Source: Flavobacteriales bacterium (lineage in GTDB: Bacteria > Bacteroidota > Bacteroidia > Flavobacteriales > BACL11). Taken from it: a DNA stretch of 64,000 bases. This document shows, piece by piece, positions 48,707-58,687 of the stretch. The notes beneath the pieces are model-generated. The model was not told where the DNA came from. It searched no databases and saw only the letters and a list, made by a program, of their open reading frames with translations. The position numbers were made by a program, and so were the translations under genes. Numbering within the stretch: position 1 is the stretch's first letter; every line of letters begins with the position of its first letter. The stretch lies in assembly GCA_028122735.1 (NCBI GenBank), contig JAOHSR010000001.1, positions 15,711 through 79,710 of the forward strand, given 5' to 3'.

Positions 48707-49683
48707 TTAACAAATGCTTGAGCATCTATCATTTTATTTGTTCCGTTTTGATGTAGTGCATAATCGAATCCTTTATGAACAGCAAATGCCCCATGCTCAC
48801 CTTCTTTATTTATCGCTAAATATCCAATTTGCATGTCTTTATAGTTCTGATTCTTTATAATTCTTGATACGCCTTCCTCACAAGCCTCTTGTGGTGTTGC
48901 CCCTTGTCTCATTAGTTCTACAATTAAAAAAGAGCCAAGTGTTTTCATGACAGCTTCCCCAACTCCAGTAGCACAACACCCTCCAATTTCATTGTCCACA
49001 AACATTCCTGCTCCAATAATTGGGGAATCACCTACTCGTCCATGCATTTTCCAAGCAAGCCCAGATGTGGTACAAGCACCTGAGATATCTCCTTTTTTAT
49101 CAATTGCTAACAATCCTATTGTATCGTGGTTTTCTACATTAATTATTGGTTTGTATTTCGAATCTCTTAACCATTCTTTCCATCTTTTTTTCGCTTTTTC
49201 TGTAAGCAAATCTTCTTTGTGAAATCCATTCTTTATTGCAAATTCAAAAGCACCTTGTCCAGAAAGCATGACATGAGGAGTATTATCCATTACTTTCCTT
49301 GCAACAGAAATTGGATGTTTTATATTTTTCAAAAAACTAACAGAACCACAATTTCCTGTGTGATCCATTATGCAGGCGTCAAGAGTTACATTTCCATCTC
49401 TATCTGGCCAGCCTCCATAGCCAACGCTAGTGCAATCTGGATCAGCCTCTGTGACTTTAACTCCTTGCTCAACAGCATCAATAGCTCTCTTCCCATTTTT
49501 AATTAATTCATATGCCTTCTCATTTGCTGCATAGCCATGTTTCCACGTAGAGATTATAATTGGAAGTCCAGTCATTGAATTTTGGTTTTTTTTGCTAAAA
49601 TTTGAAGAAGATGCTTTTGAGCTTAAAAAAGTTCCAGCAACTCCAATAGAAGTCTTTTTAATAAAATTTCTTCGATTCGACAT
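48703..49683 (-). CDS. N4-(beta-N-acetylglucosaminyl)-L-asparaginase (glycosylasparaginase, Ntn hydrolase) with Tat signal
   Basis: 326 aa with a twin-arginine leader (SNRRNFIKKTSIGVAG). The autoprocessing site context is HDTIGLLAID, and GAGMFVDN is also present. Its stop overlaps the GH20 start by 4 nt. Confidence 0.85.
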   Translation of the reverse strand: MSNRRNFIKKTSIGVAGTFLSSKASSSNFSKKNQNSMTGLPIIISTWKHGYAANEKAYELIKNGKRAIDAVEQGVKVTEADPDCTSVGYGGWPDRDGNVTLDACIMDHTGNCGSVSFLKNIKHPISVARKVMDNTPHVMLSGQGAFEFAIKNGFHKEDLLTEKAKKRWKEWLRDSKYKPIINVENHDTIGLLAIDKKGDISGACTTSGLAWKMHGRVGDSPIIGAGMFVDNEIGGCCATGVGEAVMKTLGSFLIVELMRQGATPQEACEEGVSRIIKNQNYKDMQIGYLAINKEGEHGAFAVHKGFDYALHQNGTNKMIDAQAFVK

Positions 49684-49725
49684 AAGTGTTTAATTGAATG
49701 TCACTAATTTAATAAATTTTGTGTT

Positions 49726-50421
49726 TTAATTACTTTTTTTTATTTCGTTAAATGAATTTACTGCTTGTTTGATGAGATGAAAGTGAGTTTCACTTTTACC
49801 AAATTTATCAGTTTTAGTTCCAGATAAATGAAATTGCCTAACACCTGCTTCGTATAATTCATGAATATTCTTATGATTAACCCCCCCACCAGCTAATATT
49901 GTTATTCTTTTTTTTGATATTTTAATTAATTGCGCAATATTTTTTAAACCTTTATTAACATCAGAATATTGCCCAGATGTAAGTAAGTAATCACAACCAG
50001 TCTTAATAATATCTTCTAGATTATTTTCCAAATCAAGACATGTGTCAAAGGCTCTATGAAATGTAACTTTCATCGGTCGAGCAACATCTACCATTTTTTT
50101 TGTTTTAGTAATATCTATTGATCTATCTTCATTTATTGCTCCAATTACAACTCCCTCAACACCAATTTTTTTACAGAACTCGATATCCTTTATAATTTTT
50201 TTTAAATCTTCTTTTGAGTAAATGAATTTATTAGCAATAGGTAAAATTAAAACATGCAAATTAATGTTTGTTAAATTCCTTAATTTTTCGATGTCAGAAT
50301 ATTTAGGAGTAATACCCCCATTTTTAAGATCTGCGCATAATTCAATCCTATTTGCTCCAGCTTTAATACCAATAAGGGCTGAAGTAATTGAGTTAGCGCA
50401 ACATTCTATCACTTTCTCCAA
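49726..50421 (-). CDS. cutC: CutC-family TIM-barrel protein
   Basis: 231 aa. ECCANSITSALIGIKAGANRIELCADLKNGGITP and HRAFD match the CutC family pattern. Confidence 0.8.
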   Translation of the reverse strand: MEKVIECCANSITSALIGIKAGANRIELCADLKNGGITPKYSDIEKLRNLTNINLHVLILPIANKFIYSKEDLKKIIKDIEFCKKIGVEGVVIGAINEDRSIDITKTKKMVDVARPMKVTFHRAFDTCLDLENNLEDIIKTGCDYLLTSGQYSDVNKGLKNIAQLIKISKKRITILAGGGVNHKNIHELYEAGVRQFHLSGTKTDKFGKSETHFHLIKQAVNSFNEIKKSN

Positions 50422-50430
50422 AGTATTTGT

Positions 50431-51765
50431 TTACATGCTAAAATCATCCATAAACTTAGTAGTGTATTTTCCCTTTCGGAAATTTTCATCTTTCATAAGT
50501 TTTTGGTGAAAAGGAATTGTTGTTTTAACTCCTTCAATGACAAATTCATCTAAAGCTCTTATCATTTTTAGTATTGCCTCTTCTCTAGTTTGAGCTACAG
50601 TAATAAGTTTAGCAATCATTGAATCATAAAATGGAGGAATCATATAATTTGCATAAACATGAGTATCTATTCTAATTCCATGACCTCCTGGAGCATGAAA
50701 ATTTGTAATCATACCAGGTGATGGTCTAAAATCATTTGCAGGATCTTCTGCATTTATTCTACATTCAATAGCGTGAAGTTGAGGTATGTAATTTTTACCG
50801 CTTATTTTAATTCCAGAAGCGACCTTAATTTGTTCTTTGATTAAATCAAAATCTACAACTTCTTCAGTAACAGGGTGTTCTACTTGAATTCTTGTATTCA
50901 TTTCCATGAAAAAAAACTTCCTGTATTTATCAACTAGGAATTCAACAGTTCCAACCCCTTCATATTTTACTGCTTCCGCTGCCTTGATAGCTGCAGTTCC
51001 CATTTCCACTCGTAATTTATCTGTCATAAACGGAGAGGGGGTCTCTTCAGCTAATTTTTGATGTCTTCTTTGAATAGAGCAGTCTCTTTCTGATAAATGA
51101 CATGCTTTTCCCGTTTTATCACCAATAATTTGTATTTCAATATGTCTAGGATCTTCAATAAACTTCTCCATATACATGGCATCATTTCCAAATGCTGCCT
51201 TTGATTCTGTTCTTGCACTATCCCAAGAATTTTTTAATTCTTCTTGCTTCCACACAAGTCTCATGCCTTTTCCACCGCCACCTGCAGTTGCCTTAAGCAT
51301 AACAGGATAGCCTACTTCTTTAGCAATTTTTTCGCACTCTTCATACGTATCAATAATTCCTTTTGATCCTGGAATAGTTGGAACACCTGCTTTTTTCATA
51401 GTTGTTTTTGCAGCAGCTTTATCACCCATTCCATTTATCATTTCTGGAGAAGCACCAATAAATTTTATATCATTTTCAGCGCAGATTTTTGAGAAATTAG
51501 CATTTTCTGCTAAAAAACCATATCCAGGATGTATGGCATCAGAATTTGTTATTTCTGCAGCTGCAATAATGTTGGGAATATTAAGATATGAATCGCTGCT
51601 AGCTGCTGGCCCTATACACACTGCTTCATCTGCAAATCTAACATGTAAACTTTCTTTGTCCGCCTTAGAATAAACAGCAACAGTTTTTATATTCATTTCC
51701 TTACATGTTCTGATAACACGTAATGCAATTTCTCCCCTATTGGCAATTAAAATCTTTTTAAACAT
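50431..51765 (-). CDS. accC: acetyl-CoA carboxylase biotin carboxylase subunit
   Basis: 444 aa. Starts [19 protein letters not shown], has an ATP-grasp core (GGGGKGMR) and [14 protein letters not shown]. Confidence 0.93.
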   Translation of the reverse strand: MFKKILIANRGEIALRVIRTCKEMNIKTVAVYSKADKESLHVRFADEAVCIGPAASSDSYLNIPNIIAAAEITNSDAIHPGYGFLAENANFSKICAENDIKFIGASPEMINGMGDKAAAKTTMKKAGVPTIPGSKGIIDTYEECEKIAKEVGYPVMLKATAGGGGKGMRLVWKQEELKNSWDSARTESKAAFGNDAMYMEKFIEDPRHIEIQIIGDKTGKACHLSERDCSIQRRHQKLAEETPSPFMTDKLRVEMGTAAIKAAEAVKYEGVGTVEFLVDKYRKFFFMEMNTRIQVEHPVTEEVVDFDLIKEQIKVASGIKISGKNYIPQLHAIECRINAEDPANDFRPSPGMITNFHAPGGHGIRIDTHVYANYMIPPFYDSMIAKLITVAQTREEAILKMIRALDEFVIEGVKTTIPFHQKLMKDENFRKGKYTTKFMDDFSM

Positions 51766-51786
51766 ATTTTAAGTTTTTAGAAAATT

Positions 51787-52305
51787 TTATGAAGGATCAA
51801 CTAAAAATAATGGTTGGTCAAATTCAACAGGTGTTGCGTCGTCTACAAGAACTTTAACAATTTTTCCAGAAATTTCACTTTCAATTTCATTAAAAAGCTT
51901 CATTGCTTCTATAATACAAATTGTATCCCCATCATCAATTTCATCACCAACATTAACAAATGATGGCTTTTCTGGAGAAGCACTCCGGTAAAATGTGCCA
52001 ATCATAGAAGATTTAATTGTTACAAGATGGTCCGTATTTTCTTTTGTAGTATCAGTAGTAATCGCACTTAAAGGTGTTTCAAGAGGAGTAATATTCTGTT
52101 GTGTATTTTGTGCAGGAATTACTGCAGTTGGAGCTATTTGTGATTGTTCTTGATTAAAGATTAAAGGGACTTCATCCATTGAACCTCTTCTTTTTTTAGG
52201 AGGAGATTTAATTGAGATTTTAACATTATCTATCTCTAATTCTACTTCGGTAGCGCCTGATTTAGCTACAAACTTAATTAGCTCTTGAATATCTTTTAAA
52301 TCCAT
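51787..52305 (-). CDS. accB: acetyl-CoA carboxylase biotin carboxyl carrier protein
   Basis: 172 aa. Has the biotinyl-lysine motif EAMKLFNEI and a Pro/Ala/Thr-rich linker. Confidence 0.9.
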   Translation of the reverse strand: MDLKDIQELIKFVAKSGATEVELEIDNVKISIKSPPKKRRGSMDEVPLIFNQEQSQIAPTAVIPAQNTQQNITPLETPLSAITTDTTKENTDHLVTIKSSMIGTFYRSASPEKPSFVNVGDEIDDGDTICIIEAMKLFNEIESEISGKIVKVLVDDATPVEFDQPLFLVDPS

Positions 52306-52326
52306 GATTTATTTTGTTTGATAGTA

Positions 52327-52334
52327 CAAATGTA
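52327..52334 (-). promoter_or_regulatory. candidate internal -7 box (TACATTTG on minus strand) for accB-accC
   Basis: The plus strand reads CAAATGTA. It lies 21 nt upstream of the accB ATG (52305), directly after the fabH stop. Confidence 0.4.
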
Positions 52335-52335
52335 A

Positions 52336-53337
52336 TTATTTCTTTGAATCGTAGGCCCATTTTAGATAAATTGATCCCCATGTAAAACCACCACCAAATG
52401 CAGCTAAAACAAGGTTGTCTCCTTTTTTTAGTTGTGATTCCCAATCCCAAAGACATAATGGTATTGTTCCTGTTGTGGTATTTCCATATTTTTCAATATT
52501 TAACATGACCTTTTCTTCGCCAACTCCCATTCTTCTTGATGTTGCATCAATAATTCTTTTATTAGCTTGATGTGGGACGAGCCACGCAACATCATCAGCT
52601 GTTAAATCATTTCTTTTCATAATTTCCTCAGAAACATCAGCCATGCTTTTTACCGCTGCCTTGAAAACTGGCTGCCCATCTTGATAAACAAAATGTTCTC
52701 TAGCATCAATAGTTTTATGTGATGCAGGATGTAGTGATCCACCAGCTTTTTGTCGTAAAAATTCACCTCCACCACCATCACTTCGTAAAATTGTATCCTG
52801 AACACCTAGGCCTTCAAAATTAGGTTCTAAGAGAATTGCACCTGCCCCATCACCAAATAAAACGCATGTTGTTCTGTCTGTGTAATCAACTATAGAAGAC
52901 ATTTTATCACAGCCAACTACAATTACTTTCTTATAAGTTCCTGTTTCAATAAATTTTGAAGCGGTTGATAAAGCATATAAAAATCCAGAGCATGCTGCCA
53001 TAATATCAAATGCACATATGTTTCCAGCACCAATTTTATTAGCAATTAAGCAGGCTGTTGATGGAAATAACATATCAGGTGTAGCAGTCGCACATATTAA
53101 TAGATCAATTTCTTCTGGTAGTGTATTTGTTTTTTTAAGTAAGCCATTAACAGCTGCTGTTCCTAGATCTGAAGACCCTTTGTTTTCCCCTTTTAAAATT
53201 CTTCTTTCTTTTATTCCTGTTCTTGATACGATCCATTCATCATTAGTGTCAACTAGTTTCTCAAGTTCTTTATTATCTAAGACATAGTCAGGAACGTATC
53301 CTTTTATACCAGTTATTGCAGCATTAATTTTTTTCAT
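52336..53337 (-). CDS. fabH: 3-oxoacyl-ACP synthase III
   Basis: 333 aa. The active-site Cys context is [15 protein letters not shown] and GNTTTGT supply the His/Asn catalytic residues. Confidence 0.92.
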   Translation of the reverse strand: MKKINAAITGIKGYVPDYVLDNKELEKLVDTNDEWIVSRTGIKERRILKGENKGSSDLGTAAVNGLLKKTNTLPEEIDLLICATATPDMLFPSTACLIANKIGAGNICAFDIMAACSGFLYALSTASKFIETGTYKKVIVVGCDKMSSIVDYTDRTTCVLFGDGAGAILLEPNFEGLGVQDTILRSDGGGGEFLRQKAGGSLHPASHKTIDAREHFVYQDGQPVFKAAVKSMADVSEEIMKRNDLTADDVAWLVPHQANKRIIDATSRRMGVGEEKVMLNIEKYGNTTTGTIPLCLWDWESQLKKGDNLVLAAFGGGFTWGSIYLKWAYDSKK

Positions 53338-54276
53338 TTAATTAATATGTTTTTTTATTTTTTCTGAAAGCCTTGCTTCAGCAATATTTTTTGTTAAAAA
53401 TACCATATTTTTTATTGCTAATTGATTTGATATTCCATGCCCTACAACAACAGCTTTATTTAGACCAATAATTGGTGTTCCACCATATCTTTCGTAATTA
53501 AATTTATCAAAATATTCATCTTTAATATTTCTTTTTTTAACTAATTCATAAATAGCTTCTGCTTGTTTAAGAACAATATTACCAGTAAACCCATCACACA
53601 CAATAACATCTGTATCAGAATCAAAGATATCTCTGCTTTCAATATTACCAATGAAATTATAATCTGTTGTTCCAGCCATTAAATTATATGCTGCCTGGGT
53701 TAATAAATTCCCCTTGGATTTCTCTTCTCCAAGATTTAATAAACTGACGTTTGGATTATTAATATTGAAAATGTATTTAGCATATAAGGATCCGAGTAAT
53801 CCAAATTGATAAAGTACATCTGCTTTGCAATCTGCATTTGCCCCCACGTCTAACAATAATGTTTTTCCGCCATTAATTTTTGGTAATACCGAGCAAATGG
53901 TAGGTCTTAAAACTCCCTCTATTGCCTTTACAGAATAGTAGCCTCCAAAAAAAATTGCTCCAGTATTTCCTGCACTTGCAAATCCATCAATATAGTTTTT
54001 TTTAAGCGCTTCAAAACCTTTAGCAATACTCGAGTTAGGCTTATTTCTAAAACCTTTAATTGCATTTTCACCCATTAAAATAGTTTCTTTGCAGTGAACT
54101 ATTTCAAAAACATATTTATTTATGTTGTATATAGATAGAAGATTTTCTATCTTTTTTTTATCTCCGAAAAGTACTAATTCAGTTTTGTCTCTGAACTCTT
54201 CCTTAGCGAGTAATACTCCTTTAACTGTTTTTTCAGGAGCGTAGTCTCCTCCCATTATATCTATACCAATTCTCAT
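53338..54276 (-). CDS. plsX: phosphate:acyl-ACP acyltransferase
   Basis: 312 aa. Starts MRIGIDIMGGDYAP. It abuts fabH with no gap. Confidence 0.9.
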   Translation of the reverse strand: MRIGIDIMGGDYAPEKTVKGVLLAKEEFRDKTELVLFGDKKKIENLLSIYNINKYVFEIVHCKETILMGENAIKGFRNKPNSSIAKGFEALKKNYIDGFASAGNTGAIFFGGYYSVKAIEGVLRPTICSVLPKINGGKTLLLDVGANADCKADVLYQFGLLGSLYAKYIFNINNPNVSLLNLGEEKSKGNLLTQAAYNLMAGTTDYNFIGNIESRDIFDSDTDVIVCDGFTGNIVLKQAEAIYELVKKRNIKDEYFDKFNYERYGGTPIIGLNKAVVVGHGISNQLAIKNMVFLTKNIAEARLSEKIKKHIN

Positions 54277-54314
54277 TTGTATGAGCTGTTTTTTATTGGC
54301 TAAGAATTAATTGA

Positions 54315-54500
54315 TTAAATAGCTGTATTTGATACTAGTTTTCCTTTGTAGTACATTTTTCCATCGTGCTCATAAGCACGGTGGAATAAATGAGATTCTC
54401 CAGTTTCAGGACAAGTTTTAATAGTTTGACTACTTGCTTTATAATGAGTACGTCTTTTATCTCTTCTAGTCTTTGATATTTTTCTTTTAGGATGTGCCAT
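54315..54500 (-). CDS. rpmF: 50S ribosomal protein L32
   Basis: 61 aa. The N-terminus [21 protein letters not shown] is typical of L32. Confidence 0.92.
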   Translation of the reverse strand: MAHPKRKISKTRRDKRRTHYKASSQTIKTCPETGESHLFHRAYEHDGKMYYKGKLVSNTAI

Positions 54501-54507
54501 TTCTTTA

Positions 54508-55026
54508 CTATTTTAGTTTAATGTCATTTAATGCTTCCCACCTAGGATCCATTATTTCATTATTCTTATGTGAATACTTTTCAATTAAATTAATCATTTC
54601 TTTACTACATTCAATATTATTCGTTGCATTAAGTTTATGTTGACGCTTTGCGGGAAATGCTAAAGATATCATTTCATAAAAATAATTTTTTAAACAGATC
54701 GTATTTTCAAAAGCATTTACGATAATTACATCTTCGTTATAAATATTATTTTTTTCTCCTTCTTTTATAATATAGTTCATTTTTGAAGATATTGGAATAT
54801 CAATTTTTTCAGTACAAATATCACAGGGGATGTTATTAATAGTACCCACTAAGATAATATCTAAAGTGGTTTTGTTATCCTGTTTATTTAATGTTGTACT
54901 AGCATTAATTTCTGCCTGTTTAATTTCAGAATTTTCGAATGTATCAAAGAACTTATCCTTAATCTCAAATGAATTACTATGACTTCCATCTTTTATACCA
55001 TTAAATTTAATTTCGTAGTAATTCAT
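54508..55026 (-). CDS. YceD/DUF177-family protein
   Basis: 172 aa. It lies immediately upstream of rpmF, the conserved position for this family. Cys-containing segment [14 protein letters not shown] is present. Confidence 0.7.
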   Translation of the reverse strand: MNYYEIKFNGIKDGSHSNSFEIKDKFFDTFENSEIKQAEINASTTLNKQDNKTTLDIILVGTINNIPCDICTEKIDIPISSKMNYIIKEGEKNNIYNEDVIIVNAFENTICLKNYFYEMISLAFPAKRQHKLNATNNIECSKEMINLIEKYSHKNNEIMDPRWEALNDIKLK

Positions 55027-55048
55027 TAATTTAAATTTTAAGGGGCTG

Positions 55049-55056
55049 CAAATATA
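55049..55056 (-). promoter_or_regulatory. candidate -7 box (TATATTTG on minus strand) for yceD-rpmF-plsX-fabH
   Basis: The plus strand reads CAAATATA. It lies 22 nt upstream of ATG 55026. Confidence 0.45.
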
Positions 55057-55076
55057 TAAATTTATTGGTATTCCTT

Positions 55077-56102
55077 CTAATTTTCTTTAGAAGAGAGTTT
55101 TTTTATACCAAATCTACTTTGCATTATTTTATATGAAGTAATTATTGCCTGTTTAAATGATTCTTCATTTGCAGTATTTTCTTTTACTATATCATACGCT
55201 ACACCGTGCACTGGTGATGTCCGGATAATATTTAATCCTCCTGTAAAATTCACTCCTTTTGAAAAGGAAAGTGTTTTAAAAGGAATCAACCCCTGATCAT
55301 GATACATAGCAAGAATACCATCATATCTATTTAAATTATCTTTTGTAAAAAAACTATCGGCAGGAAAGGGTCCCACAATATCTAATAAAAATTCTTTGTT
55401 TAGTTTTTTGATTGCAGGCTCAATTATTGTTGAATCTTCTATTCCAAGCATACCATTTTCGCCAGCATGAGGGTTTAGTCCCAGTACAGCAATTTTAGGA
55501 CTTTGGATACTAAAATCTTTTTTTAAAGAATAGTTAAGTTGTTTTGTTTTTTCAATAATTTTTTCTGTAGATACTTCTTGAGAAACTTTATTTAATGGGA
55601 TATGCCCAGTAACAAATGCTATTTTCATTACATCACTAGTCATAATCATTAAAGATTCTCCTTCAAAATTTTGTTCTAAAAACTCAGTATGACCAATAAA
55701 ATCTGAAACAGACTTTCTAATTTGATATTTATCAATTGGAGCAGTAACTAAGGCGTTAATTTTTTTTGATTTAAGCTCTGAAGTAGCATGTAATAAAGAT
55801 TCGTATGAGATTAATGCAGATGCTTTTGAAGGAATACCTAAGTGAACTTTGTGATTATAATTTTTATTTTCTAATAAATTAAGTTTATTTTCTTCAATCT
55901 CATCTAAGGAGAATATTTTTTTAATTAGCGATTTGTCAATATTTTTTTCGGTGAGGTATTCAAAACATTGTTGGTGTGGACCAAATACAACTGTTGAGAA
56001 TTTTTTTAATAAATCATTTTTATTAAATGTTTTAAGAATAATTTCAAGACCAATACCGTGTATATCCCCAATTGATATCCCTATTCTAATATTTGAGGAC
56101 AT
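55077..56102 (-). CDS. pdxA: 4-hydroxythreonine-4-phosphate dehydrogenase
   Basis: 341 aa. Motifs are GISIGDIHGIGLEI, GLNPHAGENG and MYHDQGLIP. Confidence 0.88.
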   Translation of the reverse strand: MSSNIRIGISIGDIHGIGLEIILKTFNKNDLLKKFSTVVFGPHQQCFEYLTEKNIDKSLIKKIFSLDEIEENKLNLLENKNYNHKVHLGIPSKASALISYESLLHATSELKSKKINALVTAPIDKYQIRKSVSDFIGHTEFLEQNFEGESLMIMTSDVMKIAFVTGHIPLNKVSQEVSTEKIIEKTKQLNYSLKKDFSIQSPKIAVLGLNPHAGENGMLGIEDSTIIEPAIKKLNKEFLLDIVGPFPADSFFTKDNLNRYDGILAMYHDQGLIPFKTLSFSKGVNFTGGLNIIRTSPVHGVAYDIVKENTANEESFKQAIITSYKIMQSRFGIKKLSSKEN

Positions 56103-56105
56103 TAA

Positions 56106-57521
56106 TTAAAATTTCTTGATGTAGTTGTACAATAACCTAACCCCCATAGCGGTAGCACCTTTTCCTCTATAGCCATATTTAGAAGTCACATATGCTGGCC
56201 CTGCGATATCTAAATGAATCCAAGGATAGTTGGTAAATGTTGAGAGAAACTTTCCTGCTGTAATAGCACCAGCAAAATCTCCTCCAATATTTTTTATATC
56301 TGCAATGTCTGATTTTATTAAATCATCATAATCTTCCCAAAATGGCATTTCAGCTAACCTTTCGTGCGTTAAATGACCAATTTCTTTTAGATTGTTATGA
56401 TGACTGAGAGCATTTTTATGCATTGAAACAATTCCAAAATGACCAATAGCCCTTGCTGCTGCTCCGGTTAAGGTTGCAAGGTCTATTACTAATTCTGGAT
56501 TGTATTTTTCAGAATAACTTAATGCATCAGCAAGAATCATTCTTCCTTCAGCATCGGTATTTAGTACTTCTACAGTAGATTTATTAAACATAGTTACTAC
56601 ATCTCCAGGAGCATAAGCATTTCCAGAAGGTCTGTTGTCAGTTGCAGGAACTAAGGCAATAACATGTTTATTTAACTTATTGCTAGCAATTGCGTTCATG
56701 GCACCAATAACCGTACCTGCTCCAGCCATATCTACTTTCATAATATCCATTCCTTTAGTAGGCTTTAGACTAAGACCTCCTGTATCATAAACAATGCCTT
56801 TGCCAACTAATATTATTGGTTTTTTATTTGTAGCATTTTTTGGTTTCCATTCTAAAATAGAAAATGTTGGTTCATCGATACTTCCTTGATTTACAGCTAA
56901 AAGCCCTCCCATTTTCAGGGATTGAATCTTCTTTTTATTAAAAATAGTTGTTGTAAATCCAGATTTATTACCAGCTTCTTTTGCTAATTTTGCTAGATCA
57001 GTTGCCTTGAGATGAGAAAATGGCGTGTTTACAAGATCTTTTGTTAGGGTTATAGATTTACAAAGATTATTAATCTCATTTATATCACAAGAATTGTCAT
57101 TTTTAAAAATGTTTATAGTGATTTTTCTTTTCTTATTTTGTTTTGTTTTGTGATTATCAAATGAGTAATTTGATAAAGCGAATCCTTCAGCAAAAGCATA
57201 GGTGTTTATTTGCTTTCTTTCAAGATTATCAATTATAACTTCATTTAAGAATTCAATACTACTAAAGACTTTATCTCCAAGACATCTTAGATTTTCTAAA
57301 TATAGATTAGGATTTGTTATCTCTTTTGGATTTACTATTATAACTTTTCTGCTGTATTGATTTAAAGTAATTATCTCCTGCTTATTTTTTTGCTGGTCAA
57401 GAATATATTTTGTTTCATCTTTACTAAGTTCTATATTTGAGATTTTAGTCTTTTTATTTGATAATATAATGATACTATCTTTTTCAGAAATTGTGTTTTT
57501 GTTTTTAATAATAGTGTTCAT
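56106..57521 (-). CDS. pepA: M17 leucyl aminopeptidase
   Basis: Contains the M17 signature NTDAEGRMILADAL, VGKGIVYDTGG and DMAGAG. I use ATG 57521 (MNTIIKNKN). The ORF-track start at 57833 adds 104 codons that lie antisense to the next gene. Confidence 0.88.
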   Translation of the reverse strand: MNTIIKNKNTISEKDSIIILSNKKTKISNIELSKDETKYILDQQKNKQEIITLNQYSRKVIIVNPKEITNPNLYLENLRCLGDKVFSSIEFLNEVIIDNLERKQINTYAFAEGFALSNYSFDNHKTKQNKKRKITINIFKNDNSCDINEINNLCKSITLTKDLVNTPFSHLKATDLAKLAKEAGNKSGFTTTIFNKKKIQSLKMGGLLAVNQGSIDEPTFSILEWKPKNATNKKPIILVGKGIVYDTGGLSLKPTKGMDIMKVDMAGAGTVIGAMNAIASNKLNKHVIALVPATDNRPSGNAYAPGDVVTMFNKSTVEVLNTDAEGRMILADALSYSEKYNPELVIDLATLTGAAARAIGHFGIVSMHKNALSHHNNLKEIGHLTHERLAEMPFWEDYDDLIKSDIADIKNIGGDFAGAITAGKFLSTFTNYPWIHLDIAGPAYVTSKYGYRGKGATAMGVRLLYNYIKKF

Positions 57522-57530
57522 ATAATTATG

Positions 57531-57538
57531 TAATTTTG
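57531..57538 (+). promoter_or_regulatory. candidate -7 box (TAATTTTG) for the radical SAM-ribE-purT group
   Basis: Exact TAnnTTTG match 23 nt upstream of ATG 57562. It lies in the 40-bp divergent spacer shared with pepA. Confidence 0.45.
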
Positions 57539-57561
57539 AAGATGTAAAATTAAGGTTTTTT

Positions 57562-58686
57562 ATGAACAGCAAAACATTACTTAGCAAGGCATTAAAAAAA
57601 GAATTTCTTTCAGCTGAAGAAGGTATTTTTTTGTTTAATAATGTTCCAACTGCTGAGTTGATGTGGGTAGCAAATGAGCTTAGACAAGAACTAGTGCCTG
57701 GTGACCTTGTTACTTGGCAAATTGATCGAAATGTTAATACAACTAACGCATGTAATGCTAATTGTAAATTCTGCAACTTTTTTAGACATCCCAAGCATGA
57801 GGATGTATATATTACCGATATTGAAACATACAAAACAAAAATAGATGAGACTATTAAGTATGGCGGAGATCAATTACTTTTACAAGGAGGTCACCATCCA
57901 AAGCTAGGGCTCTCTTTTTATACAGATTTATTTCGAAAACTCAAGAGTCTCTACCCGCAGATTAAGTTGCACGCTCTTGGTCCTCCTGAAGTTGCACATA
58001 TATGCAAAATAGATGATATTTCTCATGAGCATGCTCTTGCTGAATTAAAAAATGCAGGAATGGATAGTATGCCAGGCGCTGGTGCGGAGATATTAAGTGA
58101 TCGTGTTAGAAGATTAATTTCTAAAGGCAAATGTACCGGAAGGGAATGGCTTGAAATTATGAGAGTAGCGCATAGGTTGAACATAACTACTTCAGCTACA
58201 ATGATGTTTGGCCATGTAGAAACCCTGAAGGAAAGATTTGATCATCTGGTAGATATTAGAGATGTCCAAAATGACAAGCCTAAGGGTTCTAAAGGATTTT
58301 TAGCATTTATTCCATGGCCATTTATGGACGATGGAACGCTGCTTCAGAGAGTAAAGGGAATTAATAACGAAATAACTTCAGACGAATATATTAGGATGTT
58401 AGCTATTTCTCGAATTATGCTTCCAAATATTACAAATATTCAGGCTTCATGGCTAACAGTAGGAGCTGGAACTGCTCAAATATGTCTTCATGGGGGAGCA
58501 AATGATATGGGTTCGATAATGCTTGAGGAAAATGTGGTTTCTGCCGCTGGCGCTCCTCATAGATTCACTTCCGAAAGTATACAGAATTGTATTACCGATG
58601 CTGGATTTAAACCTCAGTTGAGGGACCAACAATACAATTTTAGAACTCTTCCAAAAAATATAGAACAACAACTAATAGACTACTAA
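57562..58686 (+). CDS. radical SAM enzyme of the MqnC/MqnE/CofH family
   Basis: 374 aa. Cluster motif is NTTNACNANCKFCNF. GGDQLLLQGGHHP and the overall length are typical of the futalosine-pathway and FO-synthase radical SAM family. I cannot assign the subfamily by eye. Confidence 0.7.
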   Translation: MNSKTLLSKALKKEFLSAEEGIFLFNNVPTAELMWVANELRQELVPGDLVTWQIDRNVNTTNACNANCKFCNFFRHPKHEDVYITDIETYKTKIDETIKYGGDQLLLQGGHHPKLGLSFYTDLFRKLKSLYPQIKLHALGPPEVAHICKIDDISHEHALAELKNAGMDSMPGAGAEILSDRVRRLISKGKCTGREWLEIMRVAHRLNITTSATMMFGHVETLKERFDHLVDIRDVQNDKPKGSKGFLAFIPWPFMDDGTLLQRVKGINNEITSDEYIRMLAISRIMLPNITNIQASWLTVGAGTAQICLHGGANDMGSIMLEENVVSAAGAPHRFTSESIQNCITDAGFKPQLRDQQYNFRTLPKNIEQQLIDY

Positions 58687-58687
58687 T

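Noticed and set aside
50222-50509. A 95-aa plus-strand ORF spanning the cutC/accC junction, and a 60-aa minus-strand ORF at 52274..52456 bridging fabH and accB.
   Set aside because: The first is antisense to two well-supported genes. The second is an out-of-frame overlap of fabH and accB that begins inside fabH and runs across the 30-nt spacer into accB. No independent evidence of coding supports either.
57522-57833. A 104-codon N-terminal extension of the M17 aminopeptidase ORF (TTG start in the ORF track), overlapping the radical SAM gene on the opposite strand.
   Set aside because: The extension is Cys/Ser/Leu-rich with no peptidase similarity. It lies antisense to the conserved CxxxCxxC region of the opposing gene. 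ATG 57521 gives a normal PepA N-terminus and leaves a 40-bp divergent spacer containing a -7 box. I treat it as a shadow ORF, not an overlapping gene.
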